Source of the DNA: Staphylococcus phage Machias
Strand: one strand, 5' to 3'
Sequence record: MW349128.1
DNA: 64,000 nt
Shown piece by piece: positions 53,577-63,992 of this stretch; the stretch's first letter is position 1; every line of letters begins with the position of its first letter. A program made the position numbers and the translations under genes. Under the pieces are notes generated by a model. It was not told where the DNA came from. It made no database searches and saw only the letters and a list, made by a program, of their open reading frames with translations.

Positions 53577-53927
53577 TTGAATATGAAAGATTATGAAAAA
53601 GTAAAATTAAATTCTATAAATGAAATATTAGGTGGAGTAGATATTGAATCATCTCTATACAGATTCTGGAATGTATACAGCAAGAAATATGATGAGCATG
53701 TTTATTTGGTTTTCGAAGACATAGAATATGAAAACAATTATAACAATACGGTCAATATAAAAGGAATATTTAGAATTGATACTGCTGATAAATCTTTATT
53801 ATTTGAAGATGAATTTACATTCGATAATATATTGGTAACAGATTCAGCTGAGGATTTTGGAATTAGAGTGGATAATTATGTCTATGAGGATTTAATACCT
53901 CATTTAAAACAAAATAATCAAATATAA
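53577..53927 (+). CDS. hypothetical protein (116 aa)
   Basis: ORF track; GGAGAG SD. Confidence 0.5.
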   Translation: MNMKDYEKVKLNSINEILGGVDIESSLYRFWNVYSKKYDEHVYLVFEDIEYENNYNNTVNIKGIFRIDTADKSLLFEDEFTFDNILVTDSAEDFGIRVDNYVYEDLIPHLKQNNQI

Positions 53928-53946
53928 AATAGGAGATGTTTAGGAT

Positions 53947-54324
53947 ATGAATAAAAAAGAATTTAAAGAAGTAATTTTAGAAGTAATTGAAAAAGATGGA
54001 AATGTTTTAACTGAAATCGATAAAGAAAGTATTGATAGTTTCGTAGATACAGTAATTTCTTCATATGAAGAAGATGATTCTTTCTTTAATTCAAATAAAA
54101 ATGATATCATTAATAATTTTTATGAATCAGATTTATATACTATATTACAAAGTAAATTTGGTGGATATGAAGAGAGTATAGACAATTGGGCTTCAATAAT
54201 GCAAGAAGTATTCGATAAAGGTGTTAAATCATTAGCGTATGGACACACTTTAGCCTTATCTTTACATGGAATTGTATTAGAAAGTGGCAAGACTTATTTT
54301 TATGGTTTTTATGAGTTTTGTTAA
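53947..54324 (+). CDS. hypothetical protein (125 aa)
   Basis: Consensus ATAGGAGATGTTTAGGATATG context. Confidence 0.55.
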   Translation: MNKKEFKEVILEVIEKDGNVLTEIDKESIDSFVDTVISSYEEDDSFFNSNKNDIINNFYESDLYTILQSKFGGYEESIDNWASIMQEVFDKGVKSLAYGHTLALSLHGIVLESGKTYFYGFYEFC

Positions 54325-54426
54325 TATTTAAATTTGGATAATGGCTATTTATTTAGTCATTATCCTTATTATTTTAATTTTTTGTATAAATAAATTAATT
54401 ATAAATTTTAAGGAGCGAATTAAAAA

Positions 54427-54702
54427 ATGGAAGGATTAAAGAAAATAGAGAAATACTTAGACGTAAACAAGTTAAATGCAATAAGTAATTATTTATATTT
54501 AAAAGATTATGATGAAACATTTCAAGATGGAAGACCTTTTATAAGCACAACAGAAAGAGAAAAAATTTTAAAATTATACATGGAAATGGATAGAAATGAT
54601 GTTAATTATTACTTAGCTAAAAAGATAGAAGAACTAGGTGAATCAAATTCAGAAGCAACGAAAAAAATAGCTGAAGAAATTAGATCTCAACATTTCAACT
54701 AA
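54427..54702 (+). CDS. small protein, paralogue family A (91 aa)
   Basis: ~45% identical to 57738-57995 product (IEKYLDVNKLNAISNYLY / IEKYVDVYKLNAISNYLF). Confidence 0.55.
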   Translation: MEGLKKIEKYLDVNKLNAISNYLYLKDYDETFQDGRPFISTTEREKILKLYMEMDRNDVNYYLAKKIEELGESNSEATKKIAEEIRSQHFN

Positions 54703-54720
54703 GAAAGGAGGAATAAATGT

Positions 54721-55878
54721 ATGTCTGATATTTTATTATATGTATTTTCAGGAACTGGTATTGTAGGGGGAATCTCTACAATAGTGATTTCAAATATTAT
54801 TTTTAGAAAAAATAAAAGAAAAATAAATAATAATGAAGATAAAAAATTTAAAGAAGCTGAAGAATTAATAACTTTAGATGAAGAAAAATTAATGGATAAA
54901 CTTAATCATTCATATAAATTAGAAACTGCTTTTGATGGAAAAGAAAGATATTACTCTTTACATTATCTATTAAGTCATCCAGAATTAGAGTTTAATAGAG
55001 ATATTAATATACCAATATTTGATGCTAGATTGGATAGAGATCCATCACAAACATCACATTTTAGAATAGATCCATTTGAAAAAGGTAAATTATTCGATTA
55101 TGAAATGTCATTTGAAATGTTGCCAATATTATTATTAAATATATTCTATAAAAATATAGATGAAATGAAAAAGGATGATAATAATTTTATTAGACAATTT
55201 AAAGATTTAATAGATAGTGATATAAATGAATTACCTAAATTAGAAAAATCTTCTTTTGAACTTTATTCCGATTATATTAATAAAATGTATAAGTATTCTT
55301 TTCTCGGAACTAAAATTTTAATTGGACTAGTTGAAGTAAATGAGAAGATTCAATTAGTTATAGTGGATGAAAATCAAAAGGTCTATATTAAAAAACATGA
55401 ATTACAATTTCATGAAAATAGCGGCAATGAAATGAGATTAATATATCGACCAGAATTTTTCATAAACCAATCCAATAATGAATTGGCTTTCTTTAATAAA
55501 AGACAGTATAAATATTATCATATAGATGAAAATTCTGAAATATTCTTTAAACATGAATCTTTAAATAATGAATCTCTTATTGATAAAAAGTTATATTTAT
55601 ATTTACATGATATAAAAGTTGAAAAAGTTTCTTTTAATACTGAAGGATTAATGAATTATGTGCTTTCCGATGTTAAAAGAAGAAATGATAATTTAAGTTA
55701 TCTTGAAGATAAAAGAATTGATAGAGATCTAGATAAAAATCATTGGTCTAACATGATAGAAACTAATTATAGATTAAATGATAAAGAGAAGAAAAAATTT
55801 ATTAAAAATCTTCATAGAAAATTAGTAGAACAGAAAAGACTAAAAGATATTGAAGAATTTAAAGAATATTCCAAATAG
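54721..55878 (+). CDS. N-terminally membrane-anchored protein, paralogue family B (385 aa)
   Basis: TM helix then ETAFDGKERYYSLHYLLSHPELEF and C-terminal DKNHWSNMIETNYRLNDKEKKKFIKNL shared with 59313-60641 and 62119-62652. Confidence 0.6.
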   Translation: MSDILLYVFSGTGIVGGISTIVISNIIFRKNKRKINNNEDKKFKEAEELITLDEEKLMDKLNHSYKLETAFDGKERYYSLHYLLSHPELEFNRDINIPIFDARLDRDPSQTSHFRIDPFEKGKLFDYEMSFEMLPILLLNIFYKNIDEMKKDDNNFIRQFKDLIDSDINELPKLEKSSFELYSDYINKMYKYSFLGTKILIGLVEVNEKIQLVIVDENQKVYIKKHELQFHENSGNEMRLIYRPEFFINQSNNELAFFNKRQYKYYHIDENSEIFFKHESLNNESLIDKKLYLYLHDIKVEKVSFNTEGLMNYVLSDVKRRNDNLSYLEDKRIDRDLDKNHWSNMIETNYRLNDKEKKKFIKNLHRKLVEQKRLKDIEEFKEYSK

Positions 55879-55886
55879 AGTAAGAG

Positions 55887-56549
55887 GTGAAAAATATGGG
55901 AATGCAAGAAGATTTTGATTATTTAGTAAATAGTTTAGATAATATACATGATAGAAATAATGAAAATATAGACAGACAAATGAATAGTATTATTAATGAA
56001 ATGAATTCAGGAATATATGATAGAGATAATCATTATGGTCATACATCACTTAATCTTAATGAAGATTATAGAAGACAAATTAATAGAAATGATAAATATC
56101 TAAAAAGAAGACTAGCACATATAGAAAATAGAGTTAATGATGAAATGAATCGTTTTGGTTTTGATAATCATAAACCTCATTTAACGTACGAACAAAGATT
56201 AATGGAGATGTTAGATGAGATAAGAAATAAAAATATTAAAGAATCTGATATAGAAAAATATATAATTAAAGTTTCTGCAATACTATATGTGTCTGGAAGT
56301 AAATATATACCTGAATTTAGTATAGATGATATTATGAATAAATATTTCGAATTTAAAGAATTATTACAGTATAAAAAAGAAATATTAAATGAGGATGGTA
56401 GAGGTTATACTTTTAAATCAATTTTTATATACACTATATGGTCTTTAGTTGGAAATGAAAATATTACACATAATATAAGGAATTCTATAAGTAATAACTT
56501 TTTATTAAAATCTAAAAATAGTTATTATTGGGATTCAAACGTTTATTAG
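55887..56549 (+). CDS. hypothetical protein (220 aa), GTG start
   Basis: ORF track. Confidence 0.45.
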   Translation: MKNMGMQEDFDYLVNSLDNIHDRNNENIDRQMNSIINEMNSGIYDRDNHYGHTSLNLNEDYRRQINRNDKYLKRRLAHIENRVNDEMNRFGFDNHKPHLTYEQRLMEMLDEIRNKNIKESDIEKYIIKVSAILYVSGSKYIPEFSIDDIMNKYFEFKELLQYKKEILNEDGRGYTFKSIFIYTIWSLVGNENITHNIRNSISNNFLLKSKNSYYWDSNVY

Positions 56550-56559
56550 GGAGAGTGAA

Positions 56560-56916
56560 ATGGATATGTTTATAAATTTAATTACAATGGTTTTATTAAT
56601 TACTTATACTTTGTTGGTGTTAATGTTTATTTTTAGTAATATAGGAAATATGAAACAAAATATAGTAATCAAACAAATGAAGTTATTATTTTCAATAAGC
56701 TTCATACTTTTAATATCAAACTTTATTATGTTATTTAATGACTATATTGATCCAAGAGTTTCATTATTATCAATAATAGTGTTTGGTGGTTCATTTATAT
56801 TCTTTTTATTTAAATCAATTGATAAGAATAATGTAACAATATTATACAAGAATATTTACATGATAAGTTTATTTGTATTAACTATTAACACATTAATGGC
56901 TTTATATAAATTATAA
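56560..56916 (+). CDS. polytopic small membrane protein (118 aa)
   Basis: Three to four hydrophobic segments. Confidence 0.5.
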   Translation: MDMFINLITMVLLITYTLLVLMFIFSNIGNMKQNIVIKQMKLLFSISFILLISNFIMLFNDYIDPRVSLLSIIVFGGSFIFFLFKSIDKNNVTILYKNIYMISLFVLTINTLMALYKL

Positions 56917-56991
56917 ATTAGTAAAGAATTAAATAAATATATATTATAAAATTGAAAGATAAAATAAGATAATGAAAAGGATGATTTAGAT

Positions 56992-57369
56992 ATGAAAAAA
57001 TTTGGAGAAGTTTTTACAATTAAAGAGGCTGCACAATTATTGAATGAGTTGAATAAAAGAGCATGGTATCCATCGGAACCAGGTAGAGCTTTTTATAATC
57101 TTTTTATTGATGGTGAAAAGTTAAATTTAAATAGTAGTGATTTGGATATTGAAGTGGAAGGTCATGATATGTTTTATTATGATACTGAATATAATGCGAA
57201 GGAAGAAGATGAAGATTATGTCACTATTCCTGAAGTTGATTATGAAACAATTGATTTTAATGCAGTATATGATATCATTAAGGATCAAGATTTAATAAGT
57301 GGTTTAATTAACTTAAATGAAGTTATTGGGAAAAGAATTAATGAGTCATTTTGGAGAATACATGGTTAG
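56992..57369 (+). CDS. hypothetical acidic protein (125 aa)
   Basis: ORF track. Confidence 0.5.
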   Translation: MKKFGEVFTIKEAAQLLNELNKRAWYPSEPGRAFYNLFIDGEKLNLNSSDLDIEVEGHDMFYYDTEYNAKEEDEDYVTIPEVDYETIDFNAVYDIIKDQDLISGLINLNEVIGKRINESFWRIHG

Positions 57370-57409
57370 AAGAAAGAAATATAAAATAATATTAGGAGAT
57401 GAATTATAT

Positions 57410-57718
57410 ATGAGAAAAGAATTAAGTGATTATATTAATAAAGAAAAATTAGATGCATTAAGCATAGCTTTACAAGGGGATGATTTTGATTCTTTAGAGC
57501 CAAAAACTAACGGAGAAGTATTTGAAAAATACTTAAAATTAGAAAAATTACATGTAGAATATAGATATGAAGAATCTTTAAGTAAGATTGCAGAAGGTTT
57601 AAAAGATATTTCACGTAAAGAATCAGATTCAAGTAGTGTAGACAAGGAATCAAATTCAAGTAGTGTAGACAAGGAAGCAATTTTATCAGTTCTAAAGAAT
57701 TTTGCAAGTAAAATTTAA
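57410..57718 (+). CDS. hypothetical protein with tandem 9-aa repeat (start revised from 57317)
   Basis: ATTAGGAGATGAATTATATATG context at 57410; 27-bp tandem duplication 57626-57676 encoding SSSVDKES/SSSVDKEA. Confidence 0.45.
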   Translation: MRKELSDYINKEKLDALSIALQGDDFDSLEPKTNGEVFEKYLKLEKLHVEYRYEESLSKIAEGLKDISRKESDSSSVDKESNSSSVDKEAILSVLKNFASKI

Positions 57719-57737
57719 ATAGAGAGTAGGTAAAACA

Positions 57738-57995
57738 TTGGATGAAATAAAACAGATAGAAAAATATGTCGATGTATATAAGTTAAATGCCATAAGTAAT
57801 TATCTATTTAGATGTGATTTTGATAGTTCTAATTTAGCAAAAAATCAAAGAAAAGAAATTTTAGAAGTTTATATGGTAATGGATAAAAATGACATTCAGT
57901 ATTATTTATCTAAGAAGACAGAAGAGAATGGAGATAAAATTTATAATTCTATAAGTGAATTCGGAGATTTAATAAAAAGGATAAAGGGGATTTAA
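57738..57995 (+). CDS. small protein, paralogue family A (85 aa), TTG start
   Basis: Paralogue of 54427-54702. Confidence 0.5.
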   Translation: MDEIKQIEKYVDVYKLNAISNYLFRCDFDSSNLAKNQRKEILEVYMVMDKNDIQYYLSKKTEENGDKIYNSISEFGDLIKRIKGI

Positions 57996-58001
57996 ATTAA
58001 A

Positions 58002-58124
58002 ATGAAGAAATTAATGATTTTAGGTCTAACAATATGTTTAACAGTTATTTTAGCAGCATGTAGCGGTGAAGAACAAAAACCTAGTAAAGAAAACTCAGAG
58101 AAAAGTAGTTATAAATTAGTATAA
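58002..58124 (+). CDS. small lipoprotein (40 aa), not in ORF track
   Basis: MKKLMILGLTICLTVILAAC|SGEE lipobox. Confidence 0.45.
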   Translation: MKKLMILGLTICLTVILAACSGEEQKPSKENSEKSSYKLV

Positions 58125-58213
58125 TATGAGGTTTTAAATAATGGAGATTGAGTCTGAAAATAATATTAGACTCACTTACTTAATAAATAATTAAATTAGG
58201 AGATGTATAGGAT

Positions 58214-59311
58214 ATGGAAAATAATAATCAATTAGTAGAAAGAAAAGATATTTCACCAGAGGTAATTAAGAAAGCAGATAAGATTAATGTACTTGATAAA
58301 AGTACTATTATTAATTATGGTCATGAAGTTCAAAATAAACTTTCTAAAGAATCAGATGAAGTGTTAAAACGTATTAAAGAAAATGATTCAAATGAGCAAA
58401 TAAATAAAGTTCTAGAAGAAATGTTAGATGTGTTTAATTCCTATGATCCGCAGAAGGCGGTTGATGATGTTAATGCAGATGTTGACAAACCTGGCATATT
58501 AGAGAAAATCAAAGGTATCTTTAATAAAGAAAAGAACAAATTAATTGGTAAAGAATTATCTAAAGTTGATTCAGCATCAAATAATATGGTATTCATAGAG
58601 AAACAATTAAAAGAAGGAAGCTCTTATATAGATCATTCAAATAGTTCATTAGATAAATTAATTCAATCTAATAAAGATTATTATGAAACTTTAAATGATT
58701 ACATTGAAGCAGCTAATCAAAAGCAAGAAGACTTAAGACTTGAAATCAAGCAAGATATGGAAGAAGTTAAAAATATTAATGACGATGAAAGTAAACAAAA
58801 TCAAATTCAATTAGTATCAGATAAAGAACAAGGTTTAGATAATTTAGATAAACGTTTATACGATTTAAGAACTTCATTAGCTCTATCAAAACAAAATGTT
58901 TACGAATTAGAAATGGTTAAGAATATTAACCATAACTTAAAAGAAAGTATTAATAATTCATTAGTAAATAGTATTCCTATTTGGAAGTCTCAATTAACTA
59001 AAGCTGTTATCTTAATTCAACAACAACAAGCTATTAAGACTAATAAAGCTATTAGAGAAGCAACTTCTGATATTCTATTGAGTAACTCTAATATCCTTAA
59101 AGATAATGCCATCCAAATGTTTAATGAATCTAATAAATCATTTATCGATATTGATGTATTAAAAGAAACTCAAAACAATATGATTGAGATGACAGAAGAT
59201 TTGAAACGTATGTCTGAAGAAGCTTATAATGAAAGACAAAGAGGATATGAAGAACTTAAAGAAATTAAACAAAACACTGAAAGAATAGAAATGCAAGAAA
59301 TGGAGAGATAA
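58214..59311 (+). CDS. coiled-coil protein (365 aa)
   Basis: Consensus TAGGAGATGTATAGGATATG context; Glu/Lys-rich heptads. Confidence 0.55.
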   Translation: MENNNQLVERKDISPEVIKKADKINVLDKSTIINYGHEVQNKLSKESDEVLKRIKENDSNEQINKVLEEMLDVFNSYDPQKAVDDVNADVDKPGILEKIKGIFNKEKNKLIGKELSKVDSASNNMVFIEKQLKEGSSYIDHSNSSLDKLIQSNKDYYETLNDYIEAANQKQEDLRLEIKQDMEEVKNINDDESKQNQIQLVSDKEQGLDNLDKRLYDLRTSLALSKQNVYELEMVKNINHNLKESINNSLVNSIPIWKSQLTKAVILIQQQQAIKTNKAIREATSDILLSNSNILKDNAIQMFNESNKSFIDIDVLKETQNNMIEMTEDLKRMSEEAYNERQRGYEELKEIKQNTERIEMQEMER

Positions 59312-59312
59312 T

Positions 59313-60641
59313 ATGCGTGGTTTATTCTATTTATCAATTTACTTTTTATTAGCAGCAGTAGTATTAATATTTATAAGTATAGTAATTTATATGACAATAT
59401 TTTATATAAAAAATAACATTGAATCGTATAAAGAAGGAAGAAAAAATAATATAAGAAAGATTAATAAATCTAAAATAAAGATAGATAAAACAGATTACAA
59501 TAAAGCTCCATTAATAAAGAAATCTGATAGATTAATAGACTTTAACAATAATGAATTATCTAAAATATTAAATCAATCTTTTAAATTAAAAAATACTTTT
59601 GATAATAAGGAGAGATATTACTCTCTCCATTATCTTTTAAGTCATCCAGAATTAGAATTTTATTTAAAAGAAAAAATCAATTTATACAAAGCTAATGTAC
59701 AAGATAATAAAGATTTCTTTAAATCTCCTTTACAAATATATAGTATAGAAAGTCTTAATCTTAATAATGGTAATGTAGAAAAAGGTTTACTAAATTATGA
59801 TAGAAAAATGGAATTAGATAAATTTGTAAAATACTTTATAAATAATAATTATAAAGATACATTAAAATCAAAAGATATATATAGTAGCTTTAATATTATG
59901 ATAAATGAAGATATTAATGATTTAGTTAGGTTAGAAAAAGAAAAATTATTTATGTCAATAAAGGATTTTAAAAATATTAATATAATGTCTTTTTTAGGAA
60001 GCAAAATAATGATACTAGTAACTAAAAAATTAAATAAAATAATCGTAGCAGCTATAGATGAAAATAAAAATGTTTATATGAGAGAATTAGATAGAACAGA
60101 TGATCTCTATGGTTCTGAAGCGGATATTTGTATAAATAGTATATTAACTCCTAAAATAGAAATTGTTAATATTGATGAAAAAGGTAGAGAGTATTTAAAT
60201 AAAAATATGATTACGAGATTTATATATGATGAATTTCTAGAAGAAGATTACTATGGAATTGAATATGCAATTAATAAAAGAAGTGAATTTATATTAAACA
60301 AAGAATCTTTAAAATATACTAAAAATATAGATAAAGTAATGACTATTAGTTTACTAAGTGATGATGAATATGACGAAGTAAAAGTCAATATGAGAGATTT
60401 ATTGGAATATATTTACAAGAAATATGAAGAAAAAGAAGTTGATGATAGTAAATTTGATTTATTAAAAGAATATCAATATGATCGTACTCATGATAAAGAT
60501 CATTGGTCTAATTTAATAGAAACTAATTATAAGTTAAATAATAAAGAGAAGAAGAAATTTATTAAGAACTTAAACCAAAGTATAATTGAAAAAGAAAAGA
60601 TGGAATATATTGAAGAATATAAACATTATATGAATCAATAA
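59313..60641 (+). CDS. N-terminally membrane-anchored protein, paralogue family B (442 aa)
   Basis: See 54721-55878; start overlaps upstream stop (TAATATG). Confidence 0.6.
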   Translation: MRGLFYLSIYFLLAAVVLIFISIVIYMTIFYIKNNIESYKEGRKNNIRKINKSKIKIDKTDYNKAPLIKKSDRLIDFNNNELSKILNQSFKLKNTFDNKERYYSLHYLLSHPELEFYLKEKINLYKANVQDNKDFFKSPLQIYSIESLNLNNGNVEKGLLNYDRKMELDKFVKYFINNNYKDTLKSKDIYSSFNIMINEDINDLVRLEKEKLFMSIKDFKNINIMSFLGSKIMILVTKKLNKIIVAAIDENKNVYMRELDRTDDLYGSEADICINSILTPKIEIVNIDEKGREYLNKNMITRFIYDEFLEEDYYGIEYAINKRSEFILNKESLKYTKNIDKVMTISLLSDDEYDEVKVNMRDLLEYIYKKYEEKEVDDSKFDLLKEYQYDRTHDKDHWSNLIETNYKLNNKEKKKFIKNLNQSIIEKEKMEYIEEYKHYMNQ

Positions 60642-60737
60642 AAATGAAGTAATGACACATTATTTGTCATTACTTCTAATATATTATAAGGAGATTTAAA
60701 TTAGAAGAATAAATAAAATTAAAGGAGAGATTTTGAT

Positions 60738-61358
60738 ATGCATATTAAAAAATTTAATGACTCACAATTACATTTTATATCTAGAATGATTGACAAGGGT
60801 TATAATAACAAAATAATTCTTTTATTATTTAAAAAAGAATTTAACGAAGAAACAATATCAACATATATAACACAAGTTCGTAGAGGAAATCAAGGAAAAA
60901 ATATAAGTCAAAATTATAAATTTGCTATTGACTGTAATTATCCCACTTATTATGAATGGGTAGATTATCTAATGGAGAATAGTATATATCATAAAACTAA
61001 ATTTGAGGAATTTGGTAATTATATTAAAGATAAAGTTGAAAAAGATGATATGTTCTTGGTCACTAAAAGTAATACATTTAAATTAATTGCATACTTGCAA
61101 GAAACTGATAGTGGATTTAGACTAGTTAAATCTGTAGACGATAAAATTATTGATGAGGATTTTACGAAAAAAATCAAAACTATAACTCATTATATGAATG
61201 ATTTGAATGTAGAATATAAAAACTCTTATATACGTATAAATACTAAGGATTTAAATAAATATGAGACAATAATGCATATATTTATGTATGCTATTAAAGG
61301 AATGGATTCTATAATAAATTACTATCTATATAATAGATATGAAGAGATGGTGAAATAA
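60738..61358 (+). CDS. hypothetical protein (206 aa)
   Basis: ORF track, GGAGAG SD. Confidence 0.5.
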   Translation: MHIKKFNDSQLHFISRMIDKGYNNKIILLLFKKEFNEETISTYITQVRRGNQGKNISQNYKFAIDCNYPTYYEWVDYLMENSIYHKTKFEEFGNYIKDKVEKDDMFLVTKSNTFKLIAYLQETDSGFRLVKSVDDKIIDEDFTKKIKTITHYMNDLNVEYKNSYIRINTKDLNKYETIMHIFMYAIKGMDSIINYYLYNRYEEMVK

Positions 61359-61360
61359 TC

Positions 61361-61678
61361 ATGGGTATGATAATAGTAATGATAATGTTAAACATTTTAG
61401 CTGTAATGATATTCATAAATTATAAAACTAAAAATGATGTATCAAATGATAATTACACTGAAAATTTACCTAGATATTACATGGCAAGTAAAGAATATAA
61501 GTTAATTTATATTAAAGCTGACTCTAAAAGCTATTTAAATTCAGCGATTAATAAATTTAGAAATAATAAAAAATTTAAAGATTATGGTTATGAAATTGAT
61601 ATAGTTGATTGGAATGGAAATGTTAAACATGAAAGTAGAGATAAGAATTTTAAATTAGTTAAAGATCGGAGAAAATAG
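61361..61678 (+). CDS. N-terminally membrane-anchored protein (105 aa)
   Basis: Hydrophobic MGMIIVMIMLNILAVMIFI. Confidence 0.5.
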   Translation: MGMIIVMIMLNILAVMIFINYKTKNDVSNDNYTENLPRYYMASKEYKLIYIKADSKSYLNSAINKFRNNKKFKDYGYEIDIVDWNGNVKHESRDKNFKLVKDRRK

Positions 61679-61680
61679 CT

Positions 61681-61860
61681 ATGGCTATGTTTTTAGTAAT
61701 ATCGCTCATCACATTTTTTGGTTTAACTTTACTTTCCTTTTTATTAACAGCTTTATTTTGGGATGATGAATTATATTTATCAATAACTGTAGTTTTGGCT
61801 GCAATAACCGTAATATTATTTATAGCTACAGGTATAGTTGGTGTAATTACTGGAAGTTAG
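61681..61860 (+). CDS. small two-helix membrane protein (59 aa), not in ORF track
   Basis: ATG 3 nt after upstream stop; two hydrophobic helices. Confidence 0.4.
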   Translation: MAMFLVISLITFFGLTLLSFLLTALFWDDELYLSITVVLAAITVILFIATGIVGVITGS

Positions 61861-61928
61861 TTTTATTAATAGAGTGATGTACATTAAGTTCATTACTCTT
61901 TATAAATTAAAAGAAAGGTGGACATAAA

Positions 61929-62099
61929 ATGTTAACTATATTATCTATAATAGGTCTTTGCTTGGTTATTTTAGGTTTAGAAATTAATGATAATGCACTA
62001 GTTATGACAGGTGGTATATTTTCATTAATTATATTGGTCATATCAATATTATATTTACCGAGAATAAACTTACTAGAAATGATATACATTTTACAATAA
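61929..62099 (+). CDS. small two-helix membrane protein (56 aa), not in ORF track; replaces spurious minus-strand ORF 61907-62089
   Basis: AAAGGTGG SD 8 nt upstream; hydrophobic helices. Confidence 0.4.
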   Translation: MLTILSIIGLCLVILGLEINDNALVMTGGIFSLIILVISILYLPRINLLEMIYILQ

Positions 62100-62118
62100 G
62101 AAAGGTGGTTTATTAACT

Positions 62119-62652
62119 ATGGCATGGATAATAGGTGCACTAGTATTTGTAATAATTATTTTAATTATATTAGTATTATTACAAGCTAACGAAATTGGTA
62201 ATATAAATGAAAAAACAAAATATTTGTATAATGAAGATCGAATATATCAAGATAAAAACATATTTGGAACTAATATAAATGGAATCATGGAATTTTTAAA
62301 TATGTCTTTTTTATTAATTTCAGAAAAAGATGGCGGCGAAAGATTATATGCAGGACATTATTTATTAAAAAATCCAGATAAAAAATTCTTTGTAAAAGGT
62401 GAATTAGGTGTAACTTCAGAAGAATTATTATCTGATAAAGATAAAAGGGAATATTTATTCTCTAGATCAGTAAAAAGACCTATGTTTTATGATCATTGGT
62501 TTAATTTCATTGAAAACAATGAAAAATTAAATATGAAGAAGACTAAGAAAATAAGTAAAGAATATAATGATATCATAAATGGTATTCTTAATGTAGAACA
62601 GATAAAAGAATTTAATGATTATATGAATGGAAATTTATATAAAAATAAATAA
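62119..62652 (+). CDS. short membrane-anchored member of paralogue family B (177 aa)
   Basis: TM helix, ERLYAGHYLLKNPDKKFF and DHWFNFIENNEKLNMKKTKKISKEYN shared with the two longer paralogues. Confidence 0.55.
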   Translation: MAWIIGALVFVIIILIILVLLQANEIGNINEKTKYLYNEDRIYQDKNIFGTNINGIMEFLNMSFLLISEKDGGERLYAGHYLLKNPDKKFFVKGELGVTSEELLSDKDKREYLFSRSVKRPMFYDHWFNFIENNEKLNMKKTKKISKEYNDIINGILNVEQIKEFNDYMNGNLYKNK

Positions 62653-62766
62653 TGAAGATGGTGTAATTAAATGGAAATATTAGCAATTATAACATCAATA
62701 TCTACGATTGTATTAGTTGTACTATTAACAATCTAAATAATTATTTAAATAGGAGATGAATAGGAT

Positions 62767-63039
62767 ATGGGTTTATTTAATATATTTAAAAATAAAACAA
62801 ATAAAAGATTTGAATTAATTCAAAATAAATTTAAAGAAGAAAATATATCTGCAGTAATTAAAAAAGAAGGTAAATCAATAGAAGTTGAATATCTTTTATT
62901 TGATGATCCTGAATGTAATATGAGACCATCTTATCATTCTGATGCAGATACTTTTCAAGTAGAAAATAAAATTAAAGCTATTATGGCATATTATGGATAT
63001 ATTGATAATGAATATATTATATATGCGGATGTAGTATAA
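62767..63039 (+). CDS. hypothetical protein (90 aa)
   Basis: Consensus ATAGGAGATGAATAGGATATG context. Confidence 0.5.
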   Translation: MGLFNIFKNKTNKRFELIQNKFKEENISAVIKKEGKSIEVEYLLFDDPECNMRPSYHSDADTFQVENKIKAIMAYYGYIDNEYIIYADVV

Positions 63040-63051
63040 TGAAAGGATGAT

Positions 63052-63393
63052 TTGTATATGTCAATTTTTATGTTTATATTAATTGGTTTATTATTTATAA
63101 CGTTTTTATGCGGTATTATTCTTATGATTAGAAATCCTATGTTTATTTGGAGAGATGTTGACTATGGAACTCATGGCTTTTGGTATAAGAGTTTTATGGG
63201 ATTCAATGTCAAATCTTCTTTAGGAATAATGATTTCTTTAGCATCAATAGTTTTGTCATATTTAGTATGGTCTTTGTTTTTCAAAGATTCATTTATTGCT
63301 ATAGTGTTATCTATAATGTTATTGATTATCTTAATAGCAAGTTCTAGATCATCAATATCTGAATATCATGAAGATAAAAGTAAAATATATTAA
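63052..63393 (+). CDS. polytopic membrane protein (113 aa)
   Basis: Three hydrophobic segments. Confidence 0.5.
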   Translation: MYMSIFMFILIGLLFITFLCGIILMIRNPMFIWRDVDYGTHGFWYKSFMGFNVKSSLGIMISLASIVLSYLVWSLFFKDSFIAIVLSIMLLIILIASSRSSISEYHEDKSKIY

Positions 63394-63509
63394 TATAGAA
63401 GAAAGGAGTCAATAATTATGTTATTCATACTACCGTATACGTTAATTTCAATTCTAGTATTAGGATTAGTAAATTTAGCTTCATATAAAAAATAAAGGAT
63501 GATATTATA

Positions 63510-63992
63510 ATGGATAATAAAGAAATATTAAAGAATATAAAAGAAATTGAATCCAAATATAAAATTATAAAAGAGATACAAAAAGATATTGGTTACTTTC
63601 TGAATTATGAGTTGTTTATGCCTTTTGTAATAAAAAATTTAACTCTTGATATGAAATATTTTTCTTTTAACTATACTATCGTTGATGATGATGGAAAAAT
63701 GGTAATAACTTTTTTAGATAAACCTGCTATAGTATTTGATTTAGAGAAATCAGAGGTGTTTATTAATGATTTAAATTTTATCACTAAAAAATTAGAAGAT
63801 GTAAAAACGAGAACGAATAATACATTAAAAGAAGAATCAGAAAGTGAACGTAGTAAACGTCTAGAAATGTATATTGAAGAGCTTGACATATTGCTAGATA
63901 AAACTGATTATAATTATTGTTACAATAAAATAGATAAGAAAGTTAATGAACTTAATAACAAATACGATATAAGTCTCAAATTACAAAATTAA
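63510..63992 (+). CDS. hypothetical protein (160 aa)
   Basis: ORF track. Confidence 0.5.
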   Translation: MDNKEILKNIKEIESKYKIIKEIQKDIGYFLNYELFMPFVIKNLTLDMKYFSFNYTIVDDDGKMVITFLDKPAIVFDLEKSEVFINDLNFITKKLEDVKTRTNNTLKEESESERSKRLEMYIEELDILLDKTDYNYCYNKIDKKVNELNNKYDISLKLQN

